From an uncultured Gemmatimonadales bacterium (lineage in GTDB: Bacteria; Gemmatimonadota; Gemmatimonadetes; Longimicrobiales; Gaopeijiaceae), in assembly GCA_963809895.1 (NCBI GenBank), contig CAWELD010000003.1, positions 3,040,001 to 3,104,000 on the forward strand: a stretch of 64,000 nucleotides of DNA, written 5' to 3'. Below the pieces are notes generated by a model that saw only the letters and a program-made list of their open reading frames with translations, was not told the origin of the DNA and did no database searches. Positions 9,340-19,139 of this stretch are shown in pieces (the first letter of the stretch is position 1; each line of letters starts with the position of its first letter). Both the position numbers and the translations under genes were made by a program.

Positions 9340-12200
9340 CTACCCCTCCGCTCCCGCCTCCACGGCGCCGACATCGGGGGATTCGTCACGGGCGAATCCG
9401 CGCTGGTCGGTATCCAAGCCCGCGTCCACACCGGCATCGATGGCCGCACTCCCTTCGAGCAGCGCGTGCGTCGGCGTGGGGCCGCCGTTGTCCTTGAGCT
9501 CGGGATCGACACCGGCCTCGGTGTCGTTCTGATCGCTCTCTTCGGTGAGCGCCTCGCAGGTGGCGTCGTCGGACAGATTGCCGCCGCCGGAAGCGATGGT
9601 GCCGCCGTCGGTCTCGTCGATGGCGCAGTTCTCGGCGGCCGCCGGGCCCGTGTTGGAGGCGAGCAGCGTATTGACGAGCGTGATGGTGCGGTCGGGCGTG
9701 ATCTGCCGCAGGTGGATGCCACCTCCGGCGTCGCTCGCCTGGTTGCCGACGATGGTCACGTGCGTGAGCTCGGCGCTTCCATACGAACCCAGTGCACCCC
9801 CCAGAGCGCCCGAGTTGCCCGACAGCGTCGAGTTGCTCATGCGGAGGGGTTCACCCGTCGTCTCCACGAAGAAGATGGCGCCACCCCGCATGCCGGCGGT
9901 GTTCGCCGCCATGGTGGACGCCGTGATGGTGGTGGTCCCGCCCGCCGAGAGCGCGCCGCCGTTGGTCCCGGTCTGGTTGCCCATGACCAGGGTGCCGTCC
10001 AGGGTGGTGGTGCCCCGGACCCAGAGTCCTCCGCCGGCGACGCCGGCCATGTTGTCGAGAATCCGGCTTTCGGATACGTCGAGCATCACGGTGCCGTTGG
10101 CGAACACGCCGCCACCGGAGCCGTTGGGCGCGCTGTTGTTCGATACCGTCGTGTTGGTGAGCGCCAGGGCGCCCGCTCCGTCGGCGAAGAGCCCGCCGCC
10201 GGAGTAGTCCGTGCCCTGATTGCCGTCCACGGTGGAGTTGGTGAGCGACACCCGGCTCGCCGCGGTGCCGTTGAAGTAGCCGGCCCCGGCCGCGGGCGCG
10301 ACGTTGTCGCGAATCTCCACGCCGGTGCCCTCGAGCACGGCGTCGTTGCCGATCCAGAAGCCTCCGCCCGCCGCGTCGGCCGTCACCAGATTGGCAGCGA
10401 TGACCGTGCCGTCCAGTTGCAGATTGGCGCTGTTCTGGAGCCAGATCCCCGCCCCGCCCAGCGTCCCCGCCGTATTCTCGCGGATGGAGCCGCCGGTGAC
10501 CGTGGCCGTCGCGGCTCCGTAGAAGAACAGGCCGCCGCCGCGCTCACCCGCGTCGTTGCCGCTCACCTCCGTGTCCTCGAAGGACAGGGCCACGTCTCCC
10601 GCCAGCACCCCCCCGCCCTGGAAGGCGCTGTTCCCGGTGAGTGCGGAGCCGGTCACCATGAGCGTGACGTCGTTGCTCAGCCTCAGGGCGCCGCCCCCGG
10701 TGGACCCCGCCGTCAGATTGTCGGCGAAGGTGGAGCCCGAGATGGTGACCTGGACATGGTCCCGGAAGAGGGCTCCACCCCCACCCAGGCTCCCGTTGGA
10801 GGTGTTGTTCGAGAGCGTGACGTCGGTGAGCGTGACGCCACCACCCGTACCGCCGGGATTTTCGACGAAGAGTGCGCCGCCTCCAGCGCCTCCGGCCAGT
10901 ACCTGATTCCCGCTGACCTCGGTGCCGTTCAGCTCGATCATTCCGATGTCGATGCCGCGGATCGCCCCACCCCAGGCTCCGGTCGTGTTGCCGCGGATCG
11001 CTCCGCCCGTCATCTGCAGCGAGCCTCCTCCTACCACGCTGATCCCCCCGCCCGGCCAGCCGTTGTCCACCGACTGGTTGTCCTCGACCCAGGTGTCCTC
11101 GAAGATCGCCGACGAACCCTCGCCCACGATGACCACCGCACCCCCCTCACCGCCGATGGACGCGTTGTCCAGGAGCGCCACGTCCTGCGTGTGGACTTCG
11201 GCGCCGTCGCGCACGAAGATCGCCGGGCCTCCCTGTGCCACCGCGTTGCGCACGGTCATTCCGCTCAGGGTCACCACCGTGCTCCCCTCCGAGCCCGAGA
11301 CGTCGAACGCCCGCCTGAGATCCCCGCCGACGCACCCATGTCGAGCTCGGTGACCTCCGACCCCTCACCGATGATGGCCACGCTCGACGTGATGGTCGGG
11401 AGCGAGCTCTCGGGCTGGATGACCGCGGCGGGTCCGGCGACGCGCGCGGCCCCACCCGGCGCGGCGGCCACGGCCCCGGCACCGAGGTAGAGCGTGTCCG
11501 CATCCGGATCGGCGTTGGCGGCGGCGATCGCCTCGCGGATCGAGCAGTGGTCCCACGTACACGCGCCGTCGTCCGAATCGTCGTTGGTGGTCACGAGCGA
11601 CGCCGACCGCACGGCGACCGCGACGGTGGCCGACGCGGTCTGGTCCAGCGTGCTGGTGGCGGTCACGTCGCAGGTGCCGGCCTCGAGCGGCGCCTGGTAG
11701 TCGGCCTCGGATCCATCGGAGGTCAGGTCGCCGCAGGAGGCGCTCCAGGAAACCTCGCTGGACACGGTCGTGCCGCTCACCGATGCGGTGAAGCGGGTCG
11801 GCTCACTACGGAGCAGCGTGGCCGAGGTCGGCGACAGCGTGACCTGCACCGGCGTGACGGTGATGGTGGCCGACCCGCTCTTGGTGGGATCCGCCGTGCT
11901 GGTGGCCGTGACCGTGTAGGATCCCCCCTCGGCCGGCGCCGTCCAGGTCACCGAGCTCCCGGAGCCGGACACGCTTCCGCCCGAAGCCTGCCAGGTGACG
12001 CCCGTGTCGGAGCTGTTGGAGACGCTGGCCGTGAGGGTCTGGCTCTCGGCGGCGCCGACCGTGGCGCTGGCGGGTGAGACGCTGACGCTCACCGGCGGTT
12101 CGGGCTCGGTCCCGCTGTCGCTGCCGCACGCGGTGAGAACCGAGACGGTCAGGAGCGCGCACAGGACCCACCCGTAGCGGGCGGCTGGCGACTGGAACAT
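9340..12200 (-). CDS. Surface lipoprotein: Ig-like repeats, CSLREA domain, beta-helix (GGA-rich) repeats and choice-of-anchor-Q-like C-terminus; apparent frameshift near 11322-11325
   Basis: LTAC lipobox; DGACTWDHCSIREAIAAAN; many N.A..GGA/GGG repeats; LKDNGGPTPTHALLEGSAAIDAG...DQRG...DVGAVE. One extra G in a GGGG run joins ORFs 11271-12200 and 9340-11277 through ...GDLRRAFDVSGSEGSTVVTLSG (~950 aa). Confidence 0.85.
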
Positions 12201-12271
12201 GAAAACTCCGGGTGGGAGGGGAATGGCGTCATGAGAACACGCGCAATTCCGTCCCCCGAGGGATCATCCCC

Positions 12272-12841
12272 TCAGTCGCGTCGTACGTCCAGGCGCCGGT
12301 AGAGCCAGGCTCGGGCCATGCGCCAGTCGCGCTTCACCGTAGGGGTGGAAACGTCCAGAACCTCGGCCGTCTCCTCCACGCTGAGTCCCCCGAAGAAGCG
12401 CAGCTCGACGATGCGGGCGGCACGCTCGTCCACGTCGGCGAGCTCGTCGAGGGCCTCGTCGAGGGCGACGAAGTCCAGGGGATCCCGGAAGGTCCTGGTG
12501 CTGTCTTCCAGGAGCGTCACCGCGCGTCCGGAGCCACGGCGAGCAGCCGCGCGGCGGCGGTGATGGTCCACCAGGATCCGGCGCATGGCCTGGGCCGCGA
12601 TGCCGAAGAAGTGCGCCCGCCCCTTCCATTCCACCCGGCTCTGGTCGGCGAGCTTGATCCAGGCTTCGTTCACCAGGGCCGTGGGCTGCAGCGTGTGACC
12701 ACCACGCTCCCGGCGCATGTAGCCCTCGGCGAGGCCGTGCAGCTCGCCGTAGATGAGGGGAGCCAGGCGCTCACGCGCCTCACGGTCGCCGTGGTTGATG
12801 GCTTCGAGGATGAGCGTGACTTCGCGGGAGGCGGCAGGCAT
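12272..12841 (-). CDS. ECF RNA polymerase sigma factor, kinase-associated (ECF43/TIGR02999-like)
   Basis: HTLQPTALVNEAWIKL, AMRRILVDH, ELRFFGGLSVEETAEVL, TVKRDWRMARAWL. Confidence 0.9.
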   Translation of the reverse strand: MPAASREVTLILEAINHGDREARERLAPLIYGELHGLAEGYMRRERGGHTLQPTALVNEAWIKLADQSRVEWKGRAHFFGIAAQAMRRILVDHHRRRAAARRGSGRAVTLLEDSTRTFRDPLDFVALDEALDELADVDERAARIVELRFFGGLSVEETAEVLDVSTPTVKRDWRMARAWLYRRLDVRRD

Positions 12842-12853
12842 GGCGAGCGATCC

Positions 12854-15589
12854 TCAATCCGTCGAGCAGGCGCCGACAGGCATCATGGACTCGAAATCGG
12901 ACCAGATGGTCTCCTCGCCGGGGAACACCTGTCCGTGCTCGCGGAGCCATCCCCACTGCTCCGTGCCCAGTGCCTCCGCCTCGTTCGCCGGGCCGCACAC
13001 CGACTGGTCACCGGTGGCCTCGGCCCGCAGTCGGTAGCTGAGGGCGTGACTGAAGTAGCTGAGCGCCAGAACCTTGCGGGTGAAGGCGTTGGTGGTGTCC
13101 GCGCGAAAGAGGGATTCCGCCATGTCGAGGGACTCGTCGTACTCACGCTCCGCCTCGTCGTAGCGTCCGAGCCGGGTGAGGGATTCGCCCAGCTCGCGGT
13201 GGGTCTGCACGAGGTAGAAGTACGCCACCGGCAACCCGGCGCGGAGCGGCTCGAGCAACGCCACCGCTTCCCGGTGATCGGCGATGGCGGCACTCCAGTG
13301 CTCTCCTCGGATGCGGGCCTGGCCGCGACCCTCCAGATAGCTGGCATGCGACGTGACGGCGGCGCGGTTCCTGGGATCCTCGCGACGGATCGCGGCACTG
13401 ATCGCCAGCGCGCCGGTGAACGCAGCCTCCGCCTCGTCGGGCCGGTCGGCATCGTTGAAGCGCCAGCCGAGCTGCGCCAACGTCTCGGCGTGGATGCCCC
13501 GGGTCCGTTGCGTGGCCTCCGGCAGCGCGGCCAGGGAGTCGGCCAGTCGCACCGCCCGCTGCTGGATCTCGATGGCTTCGTCGAAGTGGGCGGCCTTGTC
13601 GCGCAGATACGATTGATGCTGGAGCGAGAGCACTTCGCTCTGAAGGGCGTTCAGGCGCCCCGCTCCCTCGGGAGTGAGCGCCACCATCCCCGCCGTCGCT
13701 TCCGTGAGCTCGGCCACGTCCCTCGCCGCCTGCCCGAAATCGCCGTCGGCGTCCGCCTGCCAGGAGAGGCGCTCGTAGACCATGGCCCGTCGTTGCAGCA
13801 GCGACAGGCTCGGCTCGAGCTCCGCCGACAGCGAATCCACGGTACCGCGCGCGGTGCGGAGCAGCTCGGAGCTTCTGGAGCGGTCGGCGGCATTACGGAA
13901 GATGTCCGCCAGCAGGACACGGACACCCACGGTGGCCATGCGAGCTTCGGAGGGATCGGGAGCCTGGGCCACCACCGTGGTCCAGAGATCCAGCGACCGC
14001 TGCAGGCTCGCCTTGGCGGCCTCCACGTCGCCGATGTTGGGCGACAGCGGATGGCCCTGCAGGGTACCCACCTCCTGGTACGCTCTCGCCAGGGCGCTGA
14101 GGAGCTCCGGCGTGGGATGCCCCGGCACGCGCTCCGTGAGGTCCTGCAATGACGCTACGGCCGCCTCCACCGCGGCCACACGACGTGCCGTGGGCCCCTG
14201 GTCCTGGCCGGAGGCGTCGGTGTTCAGCGTCGTGAGCACGGAGCTCACCAGTCCGGTGAGCTCGGCGCTGCTGGCTTCGGCCGCTCGCCGCTGGATGCGG
14301 GCCTCGCGGGCCTGCCATCCCAGTGCCGAGGCCACGGCGAGTCCCACGGCCACGATCACCGAGGCTACGCGGTGGCGCGCGACGAAGCGAACGGTCCGCT
14401 GCGCCGGGCCCGGACTTCTCGCCTGGACCGGACGTCCCTCGAGGAAGCGACCCACATCCGCCTCGAACTCGTGCACGCTCTGATAGCGGTGGGCCGGGTC
14501 CTTCGCGAGAGCCTGGAGAACGATGGCATCCAGATCGCCGCGCAGGGCTCGGCTCAGCCGTCCCGGCGTGGTGCATCGCTGACTCGCCGTGAGCGTCGGG
14601 CTCGTCGGGCCGGTGTCGGCCTCGGTTTCCGTGGATGATTCCGTGGTCACCGCCGCACTGGGCCGAGTCGGCGGTTGCTCGCAGATCACGCGCTCGGCGG
14701 CCCGGGGCTCCGTGGGATCGAGGGCGTAGGGCGCCCTGCCCGTGAGAAGTCGGTAGAGGACGACGCCGAGAGAGTAGATGTCGGAGCGCGCATCCACGGC
14801 CGCACCCTTCGCCTGCTCTGGACTGGCGTACTCCGGAGTCATCATGCGCATGGACAGATGGGTCAGGCCGCCGCCGTCCCCCCCTCCGAGGAGCTTGGCG
14901 ATCCCGAAGTCCACGAGCTTGGGCACACCCTTCGAGGTGACCAGGATGTTGGAGGGCTTGAAGTCCCGGTGGATCACACCATGCGCGTGTGCGTACCGGA
15001 CGCCATCCAGGACCGACTGGAACAGCTCGAGACGCGCCCGCAGATCCAGGAATCGCTGGTCCGCGAAGACGTCGATCCTGGGACCGTCCACCAGCTCCAT
15101 GACCAGGTAGGCCAGGCCCTCCGGCGTCTCGCCGGCATCCAGCAGCCGCGCGATGTGCGGATGGTCCAACTCCGCCAGGATGCGGATCTCGGCGCGGAAG
15201 CGCTCACGAAGCTGACCCTGGACCAGGGCCGCCGGCACGACCTTGAGCGCCACCCGGCTGTCGTAGCGTCCATCCGCTCGCGCGGCCAGGAGAACGACGC
15301 CGGTGCCGCCCCGGCCCAACTCCCCGATCACCTCGTAGGCGCCGAAGCGCCTCCCGACCCATCCGCCCCCAGCCACCGGATCCGGATTCAACCCGCCGGA
15401 TGCGCCCTCTTCCAGGAAGGGGCCAGCCGCCTCGTCGGCCGCCAGCAGATCCTCGACGCGCCGGCGCAGATCCGGCGCACCTTCGGTCTCACGATCGAGG
15501 AACGCGCGCCTGGCGTCCGGATCCAGCTCGACCGCTCGTCCGAAAAGCTGCTTGACCTGCGGCCAGGGATCGGGATCGGAGGGGTGCAT
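12854..15589 (-). CDS. Membrane-anchored Ser/Thr protein kinase with TPR region
   Basis: GRGGTGVV, VALKV, HRDFKPSNIL, DFG, TPEYASPEQ, GDLDAIVLQAL; TM helix then helical repeats; start placed at MHPSDPDPWPQVKQLF. Confidence 0.9.
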   Translation of the reverse strand: MHPSDPDPWPQVKQLFGRAVELDPDARRAFLDRETEGAPDLRRRVEDLLAADEAAGPFLEEGASGGLNPDPVAGGGWVGRRFGAYEVIGELGRGGTGVVLLAARADGRYDSRVALKVVPAALVQGQLRERFRAEIRILAELDHPHIARLLDAGETPEGLAYLVMELVDGPRIDVFADQRFLDLRARLELFQSVLDGVRYAHAHGVIHRDFKPSNILVTSKGVPKLVDFGIAKLLGGGDGGGLTHLSMRMMTPEYASPEQAKGAAVDARSDIYSLGVVLYRLLTGRAPYALDPTEPRAAERVICEQPPTRPSAAVTTESSTETEADTGPTSPTLTASQRCTTPGRLSRALRGDLDAIVLQALAKDPAHRYQSVHEFEADVGRFLEGRPVQARSPGPAQRTVRFVARHRVASVIVAVGLAVASALGWQAREARIQRRAAEASSAELTGLVSSVLTTLNTDASGQDQGPTARRVAAVEAAVASLQDLTERVPGHPTPELLSALARAYQEVGTLQGHPLSPNIGDVEAAKASLQRSLDLWTTVVAQAPDPSEARMATVGVRVLLADIFRNAADRSRSSELLRTARGTVDSLSAELEPSLSLLQRRAMVYERLSWQADADGDFGQAARDVAELTEATAGMVALTPEGAGRLNALQSEVLSLQHQSYLRDKAAHFDEAIEIQQRAVRLADSLAALPEATQRTRGIHAETLAQLGWRFNDADRPDEAEAAFTGALAISAAIRREDPRNRAAVTSHASYLEGRGQARIRGEHWSAAIADHREAVALLEPLRAGLPVAYFYLVQTHRELGESLTRLGRYDEAEREYDESLDMAESLFRADTTNAFTRKVLALSYFSHALSYRLRAEATGDQSVCGPANEAEALGTEQWGWLREHGQVFPGEETIWSDFESMMPVGACSTD

Positions 15590-15898
15590 GGAGGGGGCGG
15601 GGGGCGACGGAGGGGTTGGTTCGTCCAGTGTAGGCGCGGGATTCCCGCCGGGCCAGGGCGATGGTACCGCTACGCCGCCGCAACGGGGCAAGACGCGTGC
15701 CCCCCAGGGGAACGTCTGACGCGGGACCAGATCGCGCCGCACGTGCCGAATCGCGCGCGTACGTGGCAGACGAGCCGCGAACCGATGGACGTGCGCGACA
15801 ATGGACCGGGGGGATCAGGCGACCTTCCGGGCCCGTAGCGCCATGGTGGTGCCCGGCCGCGCGCATGAGGCTGAAAGGGATCCCACTCCGCATGCACC

Positions 15899-16846
15899 AT
15901 GAACCTCGGCACCACCGCAGTGGCTGATACCGATGCCATCATTCGAAGGTGCGCTCAGCCGCAACAGGGGCTGGTGACCAGGTGCCAACTCCTTCGTGCC
16001 GGGGTCCCGGCACACGCCATCGCGTATCGCCTCAAGCGCGGACGTCTGCGTGCCATCCACCGGGGTGTATACCAGGTCGGCCCCGTCGCGGGTCGGTACC
16101 AACGGGAGATGGCCGCGGTGCTCTCCTGTGGCGAGGGCACCGTGCTGAGCCATGCGACCGCAGCAGGCCTGTGGGACCTGCGGCGACCACCTCCCCGCGG
16201 CGCAGCCGTGCACGTGATCGCCCCCCGTACGCGCCGGGGCGATCGAGAGGGCGTCCGAATCCACCGGGTCCGCAGTCTGGATGCCGAGGAGATCACGCGC
16301 CATCGTGGTCTTCCCGTCACCACGCCAACCCGCACGCTCCTGGACGTTGCCGCGGTCTGGGAGCCGCACCACCTCGAACGAGCTCTCGCCAGGGCGGAGC
16401 AGCACCGGCTGGTGACGCTCGACGATGTCCGCGCCGTCATCGAGCGTCATCCGACGCGTCGGGGGACACCCAAGCTGAGATCCCTGCTCGAGATGACCGA
16501 TGCACCGGCGTTCACGCGGTCCGAAGCGGAGGCACGACTGTTGGACATGCTGCGTCGGGGGGGATTGCCCGCTCCGAGGGTCAACGCGGTGATCCGGGGC
16601 CTCGAGGTCGACTTCTTGTGGCGCGATTACCGCCTGGTGGTGGAAGTGGACGGTTTCGTCTATCACCGCGGTCGCCCGGCATTCGAGAACGATCGACGTC
16701 GGGACGCCAGGCTAATCGCCTCCGGTTACCGTGTCATACGCTTCACATGGAAACGGCTCGTGAAGACGCCCGAGATGGTGTTGGTCGAGCTGGCCCAGGC
16801 GCTGGCCGTGCACGCCGGGGCGACCGGTCGCGTCGAAGGCAGGTGA
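15899..16846 (+). CDS. AbiEi antitoxin-like N-terminal domain fused to DUF559 (Vsr-like PD-(D/E)XK) endonuclease domain
   Basis: QQGLVTRCQL..AG, HRGVY, VLSHATAAGLW, VTTPTRTLLD, RSEAEARL, EVDFLW, VVEVDGFVYH, DRRRD, GYRVIRFTW. Confidence 0.88.
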   Translation: MNLGTTAVADTDAIIRRCAQPQQGLVTRCQLLRAGVPAHAIAYRLKRGRLRAIHRGVYQVGPVAGRYQREMAAVLSCGEGTVLSHATAAGLWDLRRPPPRGAAVHVIAPRTRRGDREGVRIHRVRSLDAEEITRHRGLPVTTPTRTLLDVAAVWEPHHLERALARAEQHRLVTLDDVRAVIERHPTRRGTPKLRSLLEMTDAPAFTRSEAEARLLDMLRRGGLPAPRVNAVIRGLEVDFLWRDYRLVVEVDGFVYHRGRPAFENDRRRDARLIASGYRVIRFTWKRLVKTPEMVLVELAQALAVHAGATGRVEGR

Positions 16847-16895
16847 AACGGTACGCGCGCTTCGCGGCCAGGTCGGCGAGTTGCGCGTCATGAGG

Positions 16896-17074
16896 CACCC
16901 ACGATGTAGCCCACCTGCGCCGGTCCTCATTCGATTTCCCCGAATGAGTGGATAATTGCCCACAATGCACCCCACCTTGCGCCTGGGTACCGCCTGGGCC
17001 GCACAGGGAGCGATAGTTGCCCAATCGGGCGTGAAGAGCCGCCTTGACACCTGGCGTGGGCTACATAGTGGGCA
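16896..17074. repeat. Degenerate ~62 bp-period repeat element, copy 1
   Basis: CCCACGATGTAGCCCAC (16898), CCCACAATGCACCCCAC (16959), TTGCCCAATC (17017), inverted GTGGGCTACATAGTGGG (17056-17072). Confidence 0.7.
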
Positions 17075-17208
17075 GGTGCGGGCCGGCGATCATCGTCCGC
17101 TCGCCATCCGTGGTCTCCCGGGCCGTCGTCACTACCCAGGGCGGGGGCCCGCTCATGGCCGAAGCGCCCTCCACCCAGGGCGGCACCAGCCCGGGCTCCC
17201 TCGTCGCC

Positions 17209-17751
17209 TCAGTTCATGGACGGATCGAAGGGCATGCGGGACAACGCGCGGTACTCGGGACCCTTCCGCTCCAGGATTCGGTGCCAGAGGAGCTCGGGCG
17301 CATCGCTGAAGATGTCCTCCTCCCGCGCCTGTTCCAGGATCCAGGATCCCTCTTCCATCTCGGCCTCCAGCTGGCCGGGGCCCCAGCCGGCGTGTCCCAG
17401 GAACACGCGGGCGCGCCGGATGGCCGATTCCACGTCATCCGGGACCTCGCCCGTGAGGAATCCCACGGAACCGAACACGGGCACGTCGAGCAGCTCGGTG
17501 CGGGAGGTCTCGGCGAGCAGCACGACCTGCTGCGGCATCACCGGCCCTCCTTCGAAGAGAGGCTCTCCGGGGCCGACGAGCCCGCCGAGGCTCGGAACCA
17601 CGTCGTCCACGGTGGCGTCCAGCGGCCGGTTCAACACCACACCCACGGCGCCCTCCAGGCCGTGCTCCCCCACGAGCACCACGGTGTGGCGGAAGTTGGG
17701 ATCATACAGCCCACCGCTGGAGATGAGCAGCTGGCCCTGCAGGTTGTCCAC
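17209..17751 (-). CDS. YqgE/AlgH (DUF179) family protein
   Basis: GQLLIS...DPNFRHTVVL, GAVGVVLNRP, GGPV, FLGHAGWGPGQLEAEM...W, ends PFDPSMN; GTG start 17751 with GGAGGG RBS. Confidence 0.9.
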   Translation of the reverse strand: MDNLQGQLLISSGGLYDPNFRHTVVLVGEHGLEGAVGVVLNRPLDATVDDVVPSLGGLVGPGEPLFEGGPVMPQQVVLLAETSRTELLDVPVFGSVGFLTGEVPDDVESAIRRARVFLGHAGWGPGQLEAEMEEGSWILEQAREEDIFSDAPELLWHRILERKGPEYRALSRMPFDPSMN

Positions 17752-17986
17752 GATCCGTCCCCTCCGGTGACCCGGACAAGAGTGGCTCCCGTCTTCGAAT
17801 CGTAGGACATCGACGCTCCACGCAGCAAGGACGTGGAGCGGCGCGCCTCGGCGGTGGGACGCTCGGCCAGCCCGTGAGGAGCGCACGTCGCCATGGCCGT
17901 GGCCGCCACGCCTTGCATGCCCTCTGGTATCCCCCGCAGAATGGGGCCCACCTCTTCCCTGCCCTCCGCCACACCCGGAGGTGTGC

Positions 17987-19136
17987 ATGAAACCGTCTCC
18001 CAGCTCGCCTGGCGCTCTCTGTTTCGTGCGCCCTCGTCGCGCTGTGGCTCGGGACCTCGGGAGGCCTGCAAGGCCAGATCCCCGACGATCTCGATACCCT
18101 CTCCGACGCGGCGCTCTTCCAGGCCGCGTGCGCCAACTGCCACGGTCCCGACGGCCGGGGGCTCGACCGCGCGCTGCTCGGATTCGAGGAGCCCCTCCCG
18201 GATTTCACCGACTGCGACTTCGCATCGCGCGAGCCCAGCGCCGATTGGATCGCCATCGTGCACAACGGTGGCCCCACGCGCGCGTTCAGCCGCATGATGC
18301 CCGCGTTCGGCGACGCCCTCAGCGACGAGCAGATCGAGCGCGTGGTCGGCTACGTGCGCACGCTGTGCACCGACTCGGCCTGGCCGCGAGGCGAGCTCAA
18401 CCTCCCGCGTGCGCTCCTCACCGAGAAGGCGTTCCCGGAAGACGAGTGGGTGGTCGAGGGCGACGCGGCCCTGGAGGGAGACGGGTCGGTGGCCGGCGCC
18501 TTCGTGTACGAGCAGCGCTTCGGCCCGAGGAGCATGTTCGAGGTCGTGATCCCCTACGGCTGGGCCGAGCTGCCCGTGGAGGGGGCGCCGGCCGACGCGA
18601 CCGATTGGGTGAGTGGCTTCGGCGACCTGGTGCTGGGCCTCAAGCACACGCTCCATCACAGCTTCGAGGCCGGACGCATTCTCTCCGTCGGCGGAGAGGT
18701 GGCCCTGCCCACGGGCGACGAGACCAAGGGGCTGGGCGCCGAGGGATCCAAGGTCGAGGGCTTCCTGTCCTTCGGGCAGATCCTGCCGGGAGACGCCTTC
18801 ATCCAGGCCCAGGCCGGCGCCGAGATGCCGCTCTATGACGGCGGGGAGGACGAAGGCTTCGGCCGCATCGCGCTGGGCCGCACCTTCACCCAGGGAGCCG
18901 GCGCCGGACGCGCATGGACCCCCATGGTGGAGCTGCAGGGGAAAGGCGAGTTCGAGGGAGGAACGGTGGCCCTCGACGTGGTTCCCCAGCTCCAGATCTC
19001 GCTCAGCCGGCGGCAGCACGTGCTGTTCAACGTGGGCGCGCTGGTGCCCGCCACCGAGACCGAAGGCCGCTCCGTGCGGCTGATGGCGTATCTGCTGCTC
19101 GACTGGTTCGACGGCGGCTTCTTCGAGGGATGGTGA
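17987..19136 (+). CDS. Class I cytochrome c domain fused to a predicted outer-membrane beta-barrel; apparent frameshift just after the start codon
   Basis: The frame of ORF 18258-19136 stays open back to 17991 and encodes a signal peptide, ACANCHG, MMPAFG, LSDEQIERVVGYVRTL, then amphipathic strands ending in W; GGAGGT RBS and ATG 17987 are one base out of frame (AAA run). Confidence 0.75.
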
Positions 19137-19139
19137 CCC

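Noticed and set aside
15899..16846. Complete type IV toxin-antitoxin system
   Set aside because: No AbiEii-type nucleotidyltransferase toxin gene is adjacent
15753..16860. GCGCGCGTAC / GTACGCGCGC inverted repeat bracketing the DUF559 gene as IS-like ends
   Set aside because: Only 10 bp of low-complexity GC sequence; no target duplication or transposase; likely chance
16896..17074. CRISPR array interpretation of the periodic repeats
   Set aside because: Repeats are degenerate, occur in both orientations, number only about four, and no cas genes are in the window
17987..19136. Calling the cytochrome-barrel fusion Cyc2 (iron oxidase)
   Set aside because: It has a full class I cytochrome domain rather than the short N-terminal Cyc2 heme motif; only the architecture is analogous
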